This document shows, piece by piece, positions 53,147 through 64,000 of a stretch of 64,000 nt of DNA. This stretch comes from Syncephalis fuscata S228 (lineage: Eukaryota; Fungi; Zoopagomycota). Location of the stretch: assembly GCA_025786725.1 (NCBI GenBank), contig JAHLTZ010000012.1:372001-436000 (forward strand), read 5' to 3'. Under the pieces are notes generated by a model that ran no database searches, had not been told where the DNA came from, and worked only from the letters and a program-made list of their open reading frames with translations. Positions within the stretch are counted from its first letter, which is position 1. Every line of letters starts with the position of its first letter. The position numbers and the translations under genes were made by a program.

Positions 53147-54269
53147 ATGAAGCTTTCTATTGCTGTCGTTTACACCATCGCTGTGGCTTTGATAGCCACT
53201 ACAGCCATGGTGGATGCTAAACCAATCATGGTTCGTCGTAGTATGTTTCAATGACAATAGATATATTATATTATTATGCTTACTAACAAAATTTTTAACT
53301 TAATATTAATAGGTTGTAAGTTGTATTATATATTGACTGACTATGCACTAATTATGTGCCATGTATTATGCGTATAAACAACTTAATATTAATAGTGTGT
53401 AAGTTGTACTATATATTGACTGACTATGCACTAATTATGTACCATGTACTATGCATATAAACAACTTAATATTAACAGGGAGTAAGTTATATTATATATT
53501 GACTGACTATGCACTAATTATGTACCATGTATTATACGTATAAATAACTTAATATTAATAGATTGTAAGTTGTATTATATATTGACCGACTATGCACTGA
53601 CTATGTATTATACATATAAATAATTCAATATTAACAGGCAGTAAGTTCTATTATATATCAACCGACTATGCACTAATTATGTACCATGTATTATGTGTAT
53701 AAATAACCTAATATTAATAGCCTGTAAGTTGTATTATATACTAATGACTATCACTAATTATATACCATGTATTGTGCGTATAAACAACTTAATATTGGCA
53801 GTCTGTAAGTTTTATTATATATCAACCGACTATGCACTAATTATGTACCATGTATTATGTGTATAAACAACTTAATATTAATAGGGGGTAAATTATATTA
53901 TATATTGACTGGCTATGCACTAATTATTATTATATACTATGCGTATAAATAATTCAATATTAACAGGCAGTAAGTTGTATTATATATAACTGACTATGCA
54001 CTAATTATGTATATATACTATGCGTATAAATAACCTAATATTAATAGTGTAAGTTGTATTATATATTGATAATTATGCACTAATTATTTACCATGTATTG
54101 TGCGTATAAATAACTTAATATTAACAGGTCGTAAGTAGTATTATACGTTGACTGACCACATATTAATTATGCTATTTACTGATTGTACCGATTATTTAAT
54201 ATCAATATATTGATGGCTTATAAATTAATTATATGGCATATAATATCTTTATTTGTAAATACAGAATAA
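53147..54269 (+). CDS. Micro-exon gene B: secreted peptide precursor; 94-nt first exon, 11 micro-exons, terminal exon
   Basis: Exon 1 (53147-53240) = MKLSIAVVYTIAVALIATTAMVDAKPIMVRR+A, then GTATGT...TACTAAC...TAG. Micro-exons: gtt 53313, tgt 53396, gga 53479, att 53562, gca 53638, cct 53721, tct 53802, ggg 53885, gca 53967, t 54048, gtc 54128. Last exon CAG|AA TAA (54265-54269). Mature peptide begins SLWNCTFWG. Confidence 0.8.
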
Positions 54270-56091
54270 TCAATGGTTTCAAGACATCAGCATTGGTAGT
54301 GCAATCAAGCCACTATTCCAATACACTTTAGGTATATATTCGGTGAAAAGCAAGACCATTTGGCAACTACGCTGTCCAGTCTATTTATATATCAAGTTTT
54401 GGCCAATGCTCCGGTTTATCCAGTCTTTAATCAATGAGATCATTATTTTATCAACAAGATTGCAATCAGTTGTTTCTATTCAACTGTGCAAGCTTATAGT
54501 AATAAACCTATGGTTCCATCTTAACTATATACAATCAAATTGCTAAATCTATAATCATGTCCTATTTGCATTCAATTATTAATCAAATAATTAAATTAAT
54601 AACAAAATGTGTATGATCATATCGTGTAAGCTATAGGCATAGATTGGTATGGATAGTAACAAAGCTATTATTATCATATAGCCAAATAATAGTATGCTGA
54701 AATTAGAATAAATATGTTTTTTAATAAAACATGACAACAAAGCATAGAATATTATAAAACAAAATAAATAGACAAATCAAATACGTGAATAGTAATAGCG
54801 AAACTATACTGATGCAATTGACTAAAAGTAATGAACAAAATGAATCAAAATCTACTAAAGAATACATTTAGCAATAAAATTTTAGCGTTTGTTAATATAG
54901 TTTTTGCAATTTACAATATTATTAATATAGATGGACATATAGTATGTGTATAGAGAATAGACATGTACCGTATAATAATAATAAATAGTTTAATAATCAA
55001 TGACACTCACCACCCAGTTTCATCTTCAATAAAACAGCTATTAGTTTAAATGTGTGGGTATTATAGCCATTTAACTACCAAATTACTTAAATAAAGGACA
55101 GTGTGCTTAATATTGCTGAAAAAGTTATTTTTATTTAGTTAATAAAAACATCATAAGATTTGATACAAATCAAGTGGTTGAATAATCCGCCACAGCACCT
55201 TATAAGCCTCTTTCGCCATGTCCCATGACTTTTCTAAATTAGAATATTGGAGCAACTACTGCAATGTTTAAAATGAATGTTATAAGCAGATTGTTCTAGT
55301 TTATCAACGACAAATGTCATGTTGACGGCTTTATTTTGCATATCTTCGCTCTTGCTTAATACACCAACTAACTGATTTGAGTTAATCAAAGCAATAACAC
55401 TTTCATGTAATTCAAAATTGTTTAATTGCTAAATCTGATACTGAAACGCTTTAAACAAACCAGTATAATTTTATCTGTTGGTCAATTTTATATTTTAAAA
55501 AAATTATTAATTATATCATTTTTGTTTGCATTACATTTTATTATTTACTTTAATAGCTGTTTCATTAGTAGCTTGTATTTATTCAATAAAATTTATTACA
55601 GCATTAACTACTGTTTACTACTACTATTGCTAATTTACATATTATATTTTTGTTTTGTATTTTTAGTTGCATTTGCCACCAGTATATTATTAAAAGTCTA
55701 TTGGCAAATGAAACACAATTGACATTGCTGTTGGTATTGCTACAATTGACTAAATTACGTAAATAAGCAAAGTTTAAATTAAAATTGTTGCATTTATTGT
55801 AATTAGCTTTTTCTTATCAGGCATTTTTAGCTCTTATTACTCAACAATATTATAAATACATAATACTGTTACTCAACTAACAATAAATATGCTTTTTATA
55901 GTCCAATTCATTTTATTACTGATTTTGTAGCAACGACATTCTTTTTATCAATCAAAAGCAATTCAAGCTTTTTAATAAGAAATAATAGCGCCTGTTGAGC
56001 TATTATAATTGGCAGTGTGTATTAAATAATTAAATATATACTTGATGCTTTTACTTGTACATTTTTTGGTTTTACATTTGGGAATGTAGTA
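54220..56091. repeat. Downstream arm of cassette B (inverted copy of 11904-13790)
   Basis: Colinear reverse-complement identity with scattered differences. Confidence 0.93.
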
Positions 56092-56797
56092 GTATAATTT
56101 GTAATATAATTAGTAATAAATTTGATAATACCATTGTTACGGTTCTAGTTTAGAAATCATAATCTAGATGAGCAAGCAACATCTTATCCTGGAGTTATCT
56201 TATAACATTAATTTCTGATGTATATTAACGCTTACCTTTACGCTTAGAATATATGTATTGGTCGTATCGATTTGCTAATAGAACTTGGATGCTTTTTAGT
56301 ATTTCATCATTAACGCAGCATGCTAGTTCATGTGACTGCTCATATGCTCACAATTAGCAAGTAGCTATTCGTCATATCTTCTTAATAGACATTTGTTACT
56401 AGTAATCGGTACTAATATCCGATAAGTATATTAGTTCTGTGATCAATCACATGCAACTTTAGCTGGTTATCCAATCACATGGTATATCTCTTAATCACCC
56501 TTTTACAATATTCTGTCCGGAATATTAAAATAGTAACAACGGCATTGTGATTCGATTGTCATTGTAGGTTATCCGATACTCACTCGAATGTTACTATTTT
56601 TGGCAAGTGCCAATGGATCGGAGGTAGAAAAATAGCCGACTACATGCCGAAGCAACTACAAATTAGATTAGCCAAATAAAATGACAAATTATAGACCTGT
56701 GATAGCAAAATAGCAATAAACTGCTATTCATTTAAAGGACTGATTATATAGTGATTGCTTGTTAATTATACTATTTGAATTTTGTAAACGTCTCACC

Positions 56798-58240
56798 ATG
56801 GAACCTGCAGTATCTATTCATTCACAAAATATACATATCGAAGAAGCATCAACCAAGCAGAAGGATGTCGAACCAATAATTGCCAATAATGAAGTCAAGA
56901 CTTCGGCATTAGTGCTGCAATATTTGTTAAATCGACGTAATATTATATTGCTATTTGGTCTTGGTATAACCGTTTACATATACGCCTGGCTTTATATTGG
57001 AGGACTGTGGAATCCTATTAGCCATATAAGAAATGTCGAGATTGCATTACTTAATAGTGATAAGGGGTTTAATTTTACTAATGTACCGGATACTACCCGT
57101 GAATTAATACTTCAATCAACGGGGGGCCGTTCATTAGGCGAAGTCATTGGCAAAGCATTAACGAACGTACCAGATGCTAATTTTGACTGGAAATCGCAAG
57201 AATTCCAAATGACGCGCGATCAATTGCTTAAATCGATTGACGATGGCAATTTCGTAGCCGGCATCTATATCCCCACAACGTTTAGTCAGGACTTTTTATC
57301 GGCCTTTTCTGCGCCAAATACCTCGCAAAGTTACCAGAAAATGCAGATTGAGTATATCCACGACCAGGGTAGAAATTACGGCGCCGATAGCATTATCAGT
57401 CTTATCATTCAACGATTAATTACTGGTGTTAGTAGCGGGTTTGAAAAGCAACTTTTATCAAGTCCTAAAGCAGCTCAAATCGTCTTGGCAGCCCAGCCAA
57501 CTTTTTGGGAAACGCCGATTCAAACTATATCGACTACGCTGCATCCCGTTCATCGTTATGGACAAGGCTTTGCCTCATACGCATCAGTTGTCGTAATAAT
57601 TATTGGCTGCATCGGTGTTGTAACAGTTATAAATCGTTACGTCGATACAATGCCAGTCGTGCGTTTATTAAATCACGTTAATCAGAACGATGTTAGAACA
57701 ACTAAACCGACATTTAGCGTAGCACGCATTGTTATCATTAAACTAGGCATTATGATAGGTGGATTATTTATTTGCTCAATCTTTATATGGTCAGTACCGC
57801 TTTCGTTAGATGGTCATCAATTCGATGGTGCCTCGGCAGCAGCAGCTTTATTTTTTATTTTTTTGGCAGGTTTATCGGTACTTGGTTTCATCTCGTTATT
57901 ATGTGATTTAATTGGAGTAGAAATGTTTTCTGGTCCCGCGTCGACTCTGCTTATTTTATTTCTCACAACAGGCAGTGCCATTATGGATGACGAACTATCA
58001 GGAAGTATTTTTTACATGGGGCGCGCTTTTCCATTTTATTACGCCGTACGAGGATTGCGATTCATCTATTTTGGATCACTTCATAATAAGATGTGGATCA
58101 ACTGTGTCGTGCTTGCCGCATGGGCAATTGTAGCGCTAACTGCGACGGTGTTTGTAAATGCACGCCGCCTTTACCGGCAACGCCAAATCATATCTACTGG
58201 CGATAGTGGTCGAGCAACGGAGATGGCGGCACATCATTAA
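56798..58240 (+). CDS. DUF3533/SNG1-like (YhgE/Pip-related) multi-pass membrane protein, intronless
   Basis: One N-terminal TM, GGLWNP, IALLNSDKG, a large extracellular loop, HPV.RYGQGFASY, five further TMs and PFYYAVRGLRFIYFG. Confidence 0.75.
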   Translation: MEPAVSIHSQNIHIEEASTKQKDVEPIIANNEVKTSALVLQYLLNRRNIILLFGLGITVYIYAWLYIGGLWNPISHIRNVEIALLNSDKGFNFTNVPDTTRELILQSTGGRSLGEVIGKALTNVPDANFDWKSQEFQMTRDQLLKSIDDGNFVAGIYIPTTFSQDFLSAFSAPNTSQSYQKMQIEYIHDQGRNYGADSIISLIIQRLITGVSSGFEKQLLSSPKAAQIVLAAQPTFWETPIQTISTTLHPVHRYGQGFASYASVVVIIIGCIGVVTVINRYVDTMPVVRLLNHVNQNDVRTTKPTFSVARIVIIKLGIMIGGLFICSIFIWSVPLSLDGHQFDGASAAAALFFIFLAGLSVLGFISLLCDLIGVEMFSGPASTLLILFLTTGSAIMDDELSGSIFYMGRAFPFYYAVRGLRFIYFGSLHNKMWINCVVLAAWAIVALTATVFVNARRLYRQRQIISTGDSGRATEMAAHH

Positions 58241-58714
58241 GCTTTTCCGTATGCTATGCCATTTCTGATCTAACTATTTTTATGATTAACAGTGCAGTTT
58301 TAGTGAATACAGTTCATGTTATACTGATGGTCGGAGTAGTGTTCCCGTTTCGGCTGTACATGCAATGTCCCCGAAATTTATCCGTACCCCCATTGGGTTG
58401 ACCAGTCACTAAATTCATGATTCGACCATCTCATTTGTCCACCAACGTGTTTTGCAATCCTGTTATTATTTATTCATTGACGCAAATGCCGTATTATTTT
58501 TTTGAAAATACACTGAACGGATAAGAACATTTGCGTCAAGTCCTTAGCTTGGCTTGCAACGGCATGGGATAATTTACTATTATATTTTAACCGATTAAAA
58601 CCATGCTTCATTTTTATTGTTTATAAAAAGACTGATGGTTTTGATTATTTCTCGTTTACATCATTAGTTTCAGTTATAGGTAGTTTGTGTTGTTTATTTT
58701 CGTTTATACACATC

Positions 58715-60276
58715 ATGGCAAATCCATCAGCATCACCAAGCTGGCATATGCCACGCAGTATATTTCCTAGTTTGATTAACAAGAAAATCATCATTGCGCT
58801 GATATTTGTTTCATTTATTCCATTTATTTACATGTGGCTGTACATGGGCGGCATTTGGAACCCAATGAAATATATGAACAATGTTGAAGTTGCTTTTATC
58901 AACGCCGATGCTGGATTCGACTTTACCAATGTGCCCGCACCTTTGGCAGAAGCAATTAAATCGGCCACCAATGGGCAATCGATGGGTGCAACAGTTGAAG
59001 CACAAATTGTAGGCCAAAAACAAATCAAATTTGACTGGAAAATACTAGATGGATCCGAGTACACCTATGAAGCATTACGCGACGCAATCGACTATGGTAC
59101 CTACCAATTCGGTATTTATATTCCCAAAAACTTTAGCGCCAACTACCTTAGCGCCTTCTCTACCAATAGCACCGCAGAGTACCGCCCAATGGTCATTCAA
59201 TATGCTTATGATCAAGGCCGTGACTACTCAACTGCTTCTATGATTACTGCGCCTATATCGCGTCTAGTAGTAGCGGTCAGTCAAGGCATGGCGCGCAAAC
59301 TGCTTACTGGACCAAATGCCGTTAACAGTCGAAATGCCATGGTTCCTGCCTTCTGGATCGAGCCAATTGCCCTTGCTACAGATGTCTTGCACCCAATTAA
59401 CAGATTCGGCCAAGGTACTGCTTCTTACATGTCCATCATGGTGATGTACATCGCTTCAATTGCTATTGTTACCGTTACACGTCGTTTCGTTGTTGGGGAC
59501 CCGGTTGTTTTTGGCTATGTTAATCAGACCGGTGATCTGCCATTGAATCAAGTAGAGACACGCGATGTTGGCACTAGTCCACAAGATAATCATGTTTACA
59601 ACGTGGACACGCCAGCAGATTCCGATATCGATTTAAGCGATGATGAAAGCGGCACAAATACACCAAAAGAGGCGAATACCGACGAAAAGCCGCAGCCAAT
59701 CTTTTCAATTTTCCGTATTGTTCTTGCTAAATACGTTATTATGCTAGGTGCACTCTTCTGTGTGCATTGTTAGTATGGTCGGTACCCATGTCACTTGAAG
59801 GAGCTCAATTCGAAGGCGCACCATCAGTAGCAGCACTGTTTTATCTTCTTTTTATCGGATTCTGCTTTATCAATCTTCTTAGTCTTTTCTGCAATCTATT
59901 CGGCCTTGATGGATTCTCGCTGCCTGCATCGCTATTTATGATTTTCATGATGAGCACCGGCAGTGCTATGCTTTCTGACGTTTTATCACCAAGATTTTTC
60001 CGCATTGGCCGAGGTCTTCCCTTCCACTATGGTGTGCAAGGCCTTCGATTCATTTTCTTTGGCTCGCTTAAAAGCCAAATGGGTCTGTGCTGTGGTGTGA
60101 TAATCGCTTGGACTGTAGCCACGCTCATTCCAGGAGTGTGGGCTGCTGTTCGTGCCGAACGAATTCGTCGAGGCGAACACATTAAGCGCGTAACTAAACG
60201 CCATCGCTTGCAAATGCGTCGACTTCGTCGCAAACAAACTGCAGAAATTGTAGAGCAAGCTAACAAAGCTGTATAA
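58715..60276 (+). CDS. Tandem paralog of the DUF3533/YhgE-like protein; apparent frameshift near 59765
   Basis: GGIWNP, VAFINADAG, DQGRDY and HPINRFGQG; continues in a shifted frame as LVWSVPMSLEG...LPFHYGVQGLRFIFFGSL. Confidence 0.75.
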
Positions 60277-60437
60277 TTTACAGCTTTAATTTAGCTACTA
60301 ATATACATTATAGCACAATGTAATACTTTATTTAGTTATTTAATTTTTATCAAGCTATTATTATACGTTATTTCATTACTAAGTAAATAAAGATAGATTA
60401 TTTAAAATACTTATTTATTAATTAAATATATGGGAGT

Positions 60438-61562
60438 CATTTTACTTTGAGTCCCTATTCTTAAATGGGACAAAAGATTCATAGCTCAAATAAACCATCA
60501 ATCAGTTTATAATACTAAGAATTGCTATTTGTTGAAGCAGTGCCACATCAACTCCGATTAAATTAATCAGTGTCAATTAATCAGCACCATTTTCAATATT
60601 TGATATCAATGGTAAGAAATTAGAAGGCCTTGATTCACCACTGGCCATTGTACTGAATATACCGTGCATGTTTCTGCTGGCATTAACATCACGCTGTCAT
60701 ACCGTACGACAATCATTGTTTTGACAAACAAGTACGCTATACATTGTGCCGCTGGTTTCTTCCAAATGTAAACCTGCCATCTCCTTTTTCTTGCATTTGG
60801 AACAGACTTTGATGTATTGTATTCGTCAATATCTACAATCACCAGAAATCCTTGTTGCTCAGCAGCTTTGAGCATCTTTCTGCAGCGATTGGCCAGTCCA
60901 GCAACCTTGTATTTCATAGAAGTGGCAAATCGAGCAGCTCCAAAAGCAATAAGTGGAATTTTATTATCAAGTGGCCGAATAGGTAGAGGCCATATGTTAG
61001 TGTAAATGTTAATAAATGTTGATCCATATTATTGTTACTGTAAAGTATTTAAACATTATATTTTGATATTTAATGCCATTCACCATCCATCATCATGTTT
61101 ATATATTGAATGCTATTAAATAAAGTCATTTTAATCACAAAGCATACTAAATGGCTAATAAATTCAATTAAATTGCATAATAATGTTAAATAACACACAA
61201 TATTTTATATAATGATACGGTTTATTTAACTCAATTAACAAGCATTAAAATTAAAGTCAAAAATAAAATGGTACATAGCATGTATATATTAGTGTAACAA
61301 TAACGACTGCGGAATGACATGAAATCGTGATCAATGGCTTCTATTGATATTCAATCAATCCTCCTACACATGGCCAACAACAATAATAATCAACCTCAAA
61401 TGTTCCAAAGAAATCAAATAGTATGTTACATTGTTTATTAAATCAATTTATTGACAACATTTTTATGAAAAAATAATATAGTTATGTTGTGTATAATGAC
61501 GGCATGACTCTGATCGGAATAATTTTGCTTTAGAAATCCAAAATGTAAAAGTAAAAGTAAAA
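60438..61562 (-). mobile_element. Internally deleted short-TIR element carrying a Fanzor/TnpB remnant
   Basis: Ends CATTTTACTTTGAG and AAAAGTAAAAGTAAAAT; homologous to 37235-38133 in three blocks. Confidence 0.7.
60610..60995 (-). pseudogene. Fanzor/TnpB-like nuclease C-terminal remnant (RuvC-II, Zn finger, RuvC-III)
   Basis: Conceptual translation with one frameshift (~60808) and one TGA (60697-60699): KIPLIAFGAARFATSMKYKVAGLANRCRKMLKAAEQQGFLVIVDIDEYNTSK/CSKCKKKEMAGLHLEETSGTMYSVLVCQNNDCRTV*QRDVNASRNMHGIFSTMASGESRPSNF. Confidence 0.85.
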
Positions 61563-61760
61563 TTCAACTTTATCAGTGTTATGATTCGCATTATATTTTG
61601 TTTCTAAAAAACAAAGCTTTGAATAAAAAGTTTAGTAGACTGTATACAAATATACTATATAAGTAATAAACATTAATTTAGATCAGCAATAGTATTATCA
61701 AGTTTTCTAAAAATCCTATTTTATGCTTCAAGCGTATCATTAACAATGGCTCATTTGTGT

Positions 61761-62933
<1,173 letters not shown>

Positions 62934-63114
62934 AGTCAAGGGGTCGATAAAGAACACGTGTATTGTATTGCTATAAGTATTGTTAGTAGGCAATGAAACG
63001 CAAGCTTGTACTAGATGTACGATGGAGAGAAAGCAAGTGAATACAAGCAGTGAAACCTTCAAACACTTCTTTATTTTCTTTTCAGTCACAATCTACATCG
63101 AATCTTTGGCAAGA

Positions 63115-63634
63115 ATGGCGACTGACGTAAACAACCTTAAGGATGAGGCCAACGACGGCAACAACACAGAAGATCCCGTCACAGTGAAGCTAATTAGCGC
63201 TGAGGCAAGGTGTTTACTGTGAATCGTGATGCAGCTATGTGCTCTGGCACTATTAAGAATATGCTTTCTGGCGAAGGTAAGGTTAACTAGGCACTAATCA
63301 ATACTTTATTCAGCTAACACTTGAGTCGTAGCTTGTTTCATGGAAAGCACCAATAATGAAATTAATTTCCTGAGATTAAGTATGTTTATTAGCTCATTGG
63401 CTAAAGTGGTCACTAATCGCTAAGAAAATAGAACCGAGATTTTACAGCAAGTTTGTGAGTATTTGGAGTTCAAACACAAATATCGAGATCATACGGAGAA
63501 CATTCCTGAATTTCATATCGACCTCGAAGATGCATTGGAACTCCTGATAGCTGCAGACTATTTGGATAGTAAGTAGTGATTGATTAAGCAACGGAACCAG
63601 GTCCTGCATATGCTAACAACGCTTATTAGTGTAA
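63115..63634 (+). CDS. ELC1: Elongin C (Skp1/BTB family); three introns, apparent frameshifts near 63205 and 63370
   Basis: VKLISAE..F.V.R.AA..SGTIKNMLS, FMES..NEI.F, ILQQVCEYL..K..Y, IPEFHID.E.ALELLIAADYLD. Confidence 0.88.
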
Positions 63635-63965
63635 TTGAATCTATTTGTTCGATACAGGGAGCCAATAAAATGTTATTGAAACTGATTTTTAATTATTTGT
63701 TTTTACTAAGCAATGCATGATGACATTACACTATGTAATTAATCCCTTAAAATATGACAATAACATAGTGGTAGTTATGGTAATACCCAATTAATTTGTT
63801 GACGTTTTAATCGTACTGCATATGAATTGACTAGCGCCTATTAAGGGGATTTGGCTATAAATACGCGAGGAATTAGCGCTCAATCTAGTCAACAGCATCC
63901 ACCAGTAGTAATCTGTAATCTGTTACATCTTCGTTTAGCTCGTTTAAATTTTTTGCTTATTCAAG

Positions 63966-64000
63966 ATGATGTACGCTAAACTTCTCGCTGTGCTTGCACT
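63966..64000 (+). CDS. Possible start of a secreted protein, truncated by window end
   Basis: MMYAKLLAVLA looks like a signal-peptide start, with TATAAATA at ~63856 upstream. Confidence 0.3.
   Translation, partial: MMYAKLLAVLA

Noticed and set aside
53147-53254. Unspliced 35-aa ORF (...VRRSMFQ*)
   Set aside because: The GTATGT donor, branch point and acceptor are conserved in position with gene A, so the spliced model is preferred.
60606-60917. 103-aa ORF as an intact gene
   Set aside because: Its second half is off-frame; the conserved Zn-finger/RuvC motifs continue in another frame that contains a stop.

Overview
AT-rich fungal genomic DNA with many short GT-AG introns. It is probably an early-diverging fungus, possibly a zoopagomycete mycoparasite (inference only). 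Housekeeping genes: PRP5, SEC39/NBAS-like, Nbp2-like SH3, mitochondrial uL30, CLPTM1, RPL37, GPCR-like 7TM, MKK1-type MAPKK, two DUF3533/YhgE-like membrane proteins, ArfGAP and Elongin C. Accessory content: GH16 glucanase, AA11-type LPMO and three F-box-like paralogs. Main result: two apparent ~80-bp satellite arrays (13.75-17.4 kb, minus strand; 53.24-54.26 kb, plus strand) read as arrays of near-identical spliceosomal introns separated by 3-nt micro-exons. Each follows a signal-peptide/propeptide exon ending in RR. Splicing the 35 micro-exons of the left gene gives a stop-free 68-aa precursor whose mature part is a 6-Cys peptide (GPKECNACMAKCMEGKDQDRGPWEECRNISCYRFCGP). The right paralog gives an unrelated short Trp/Cys peptide (SLWNCTFWGM...). 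The two genes sit in inverted duplicated cassettes with near-identical outer arms and divergent cores. Also present: a tRNA-like SINE inside the intron array, and a short-TIR element family, one copy of which carries a decayed Fanzor/TnpB C-terminus. Isolated frameshifts in several conserved genes suggest assembly indel errors. All splicing is predicted by eye from sequence, with no transcript evidence.
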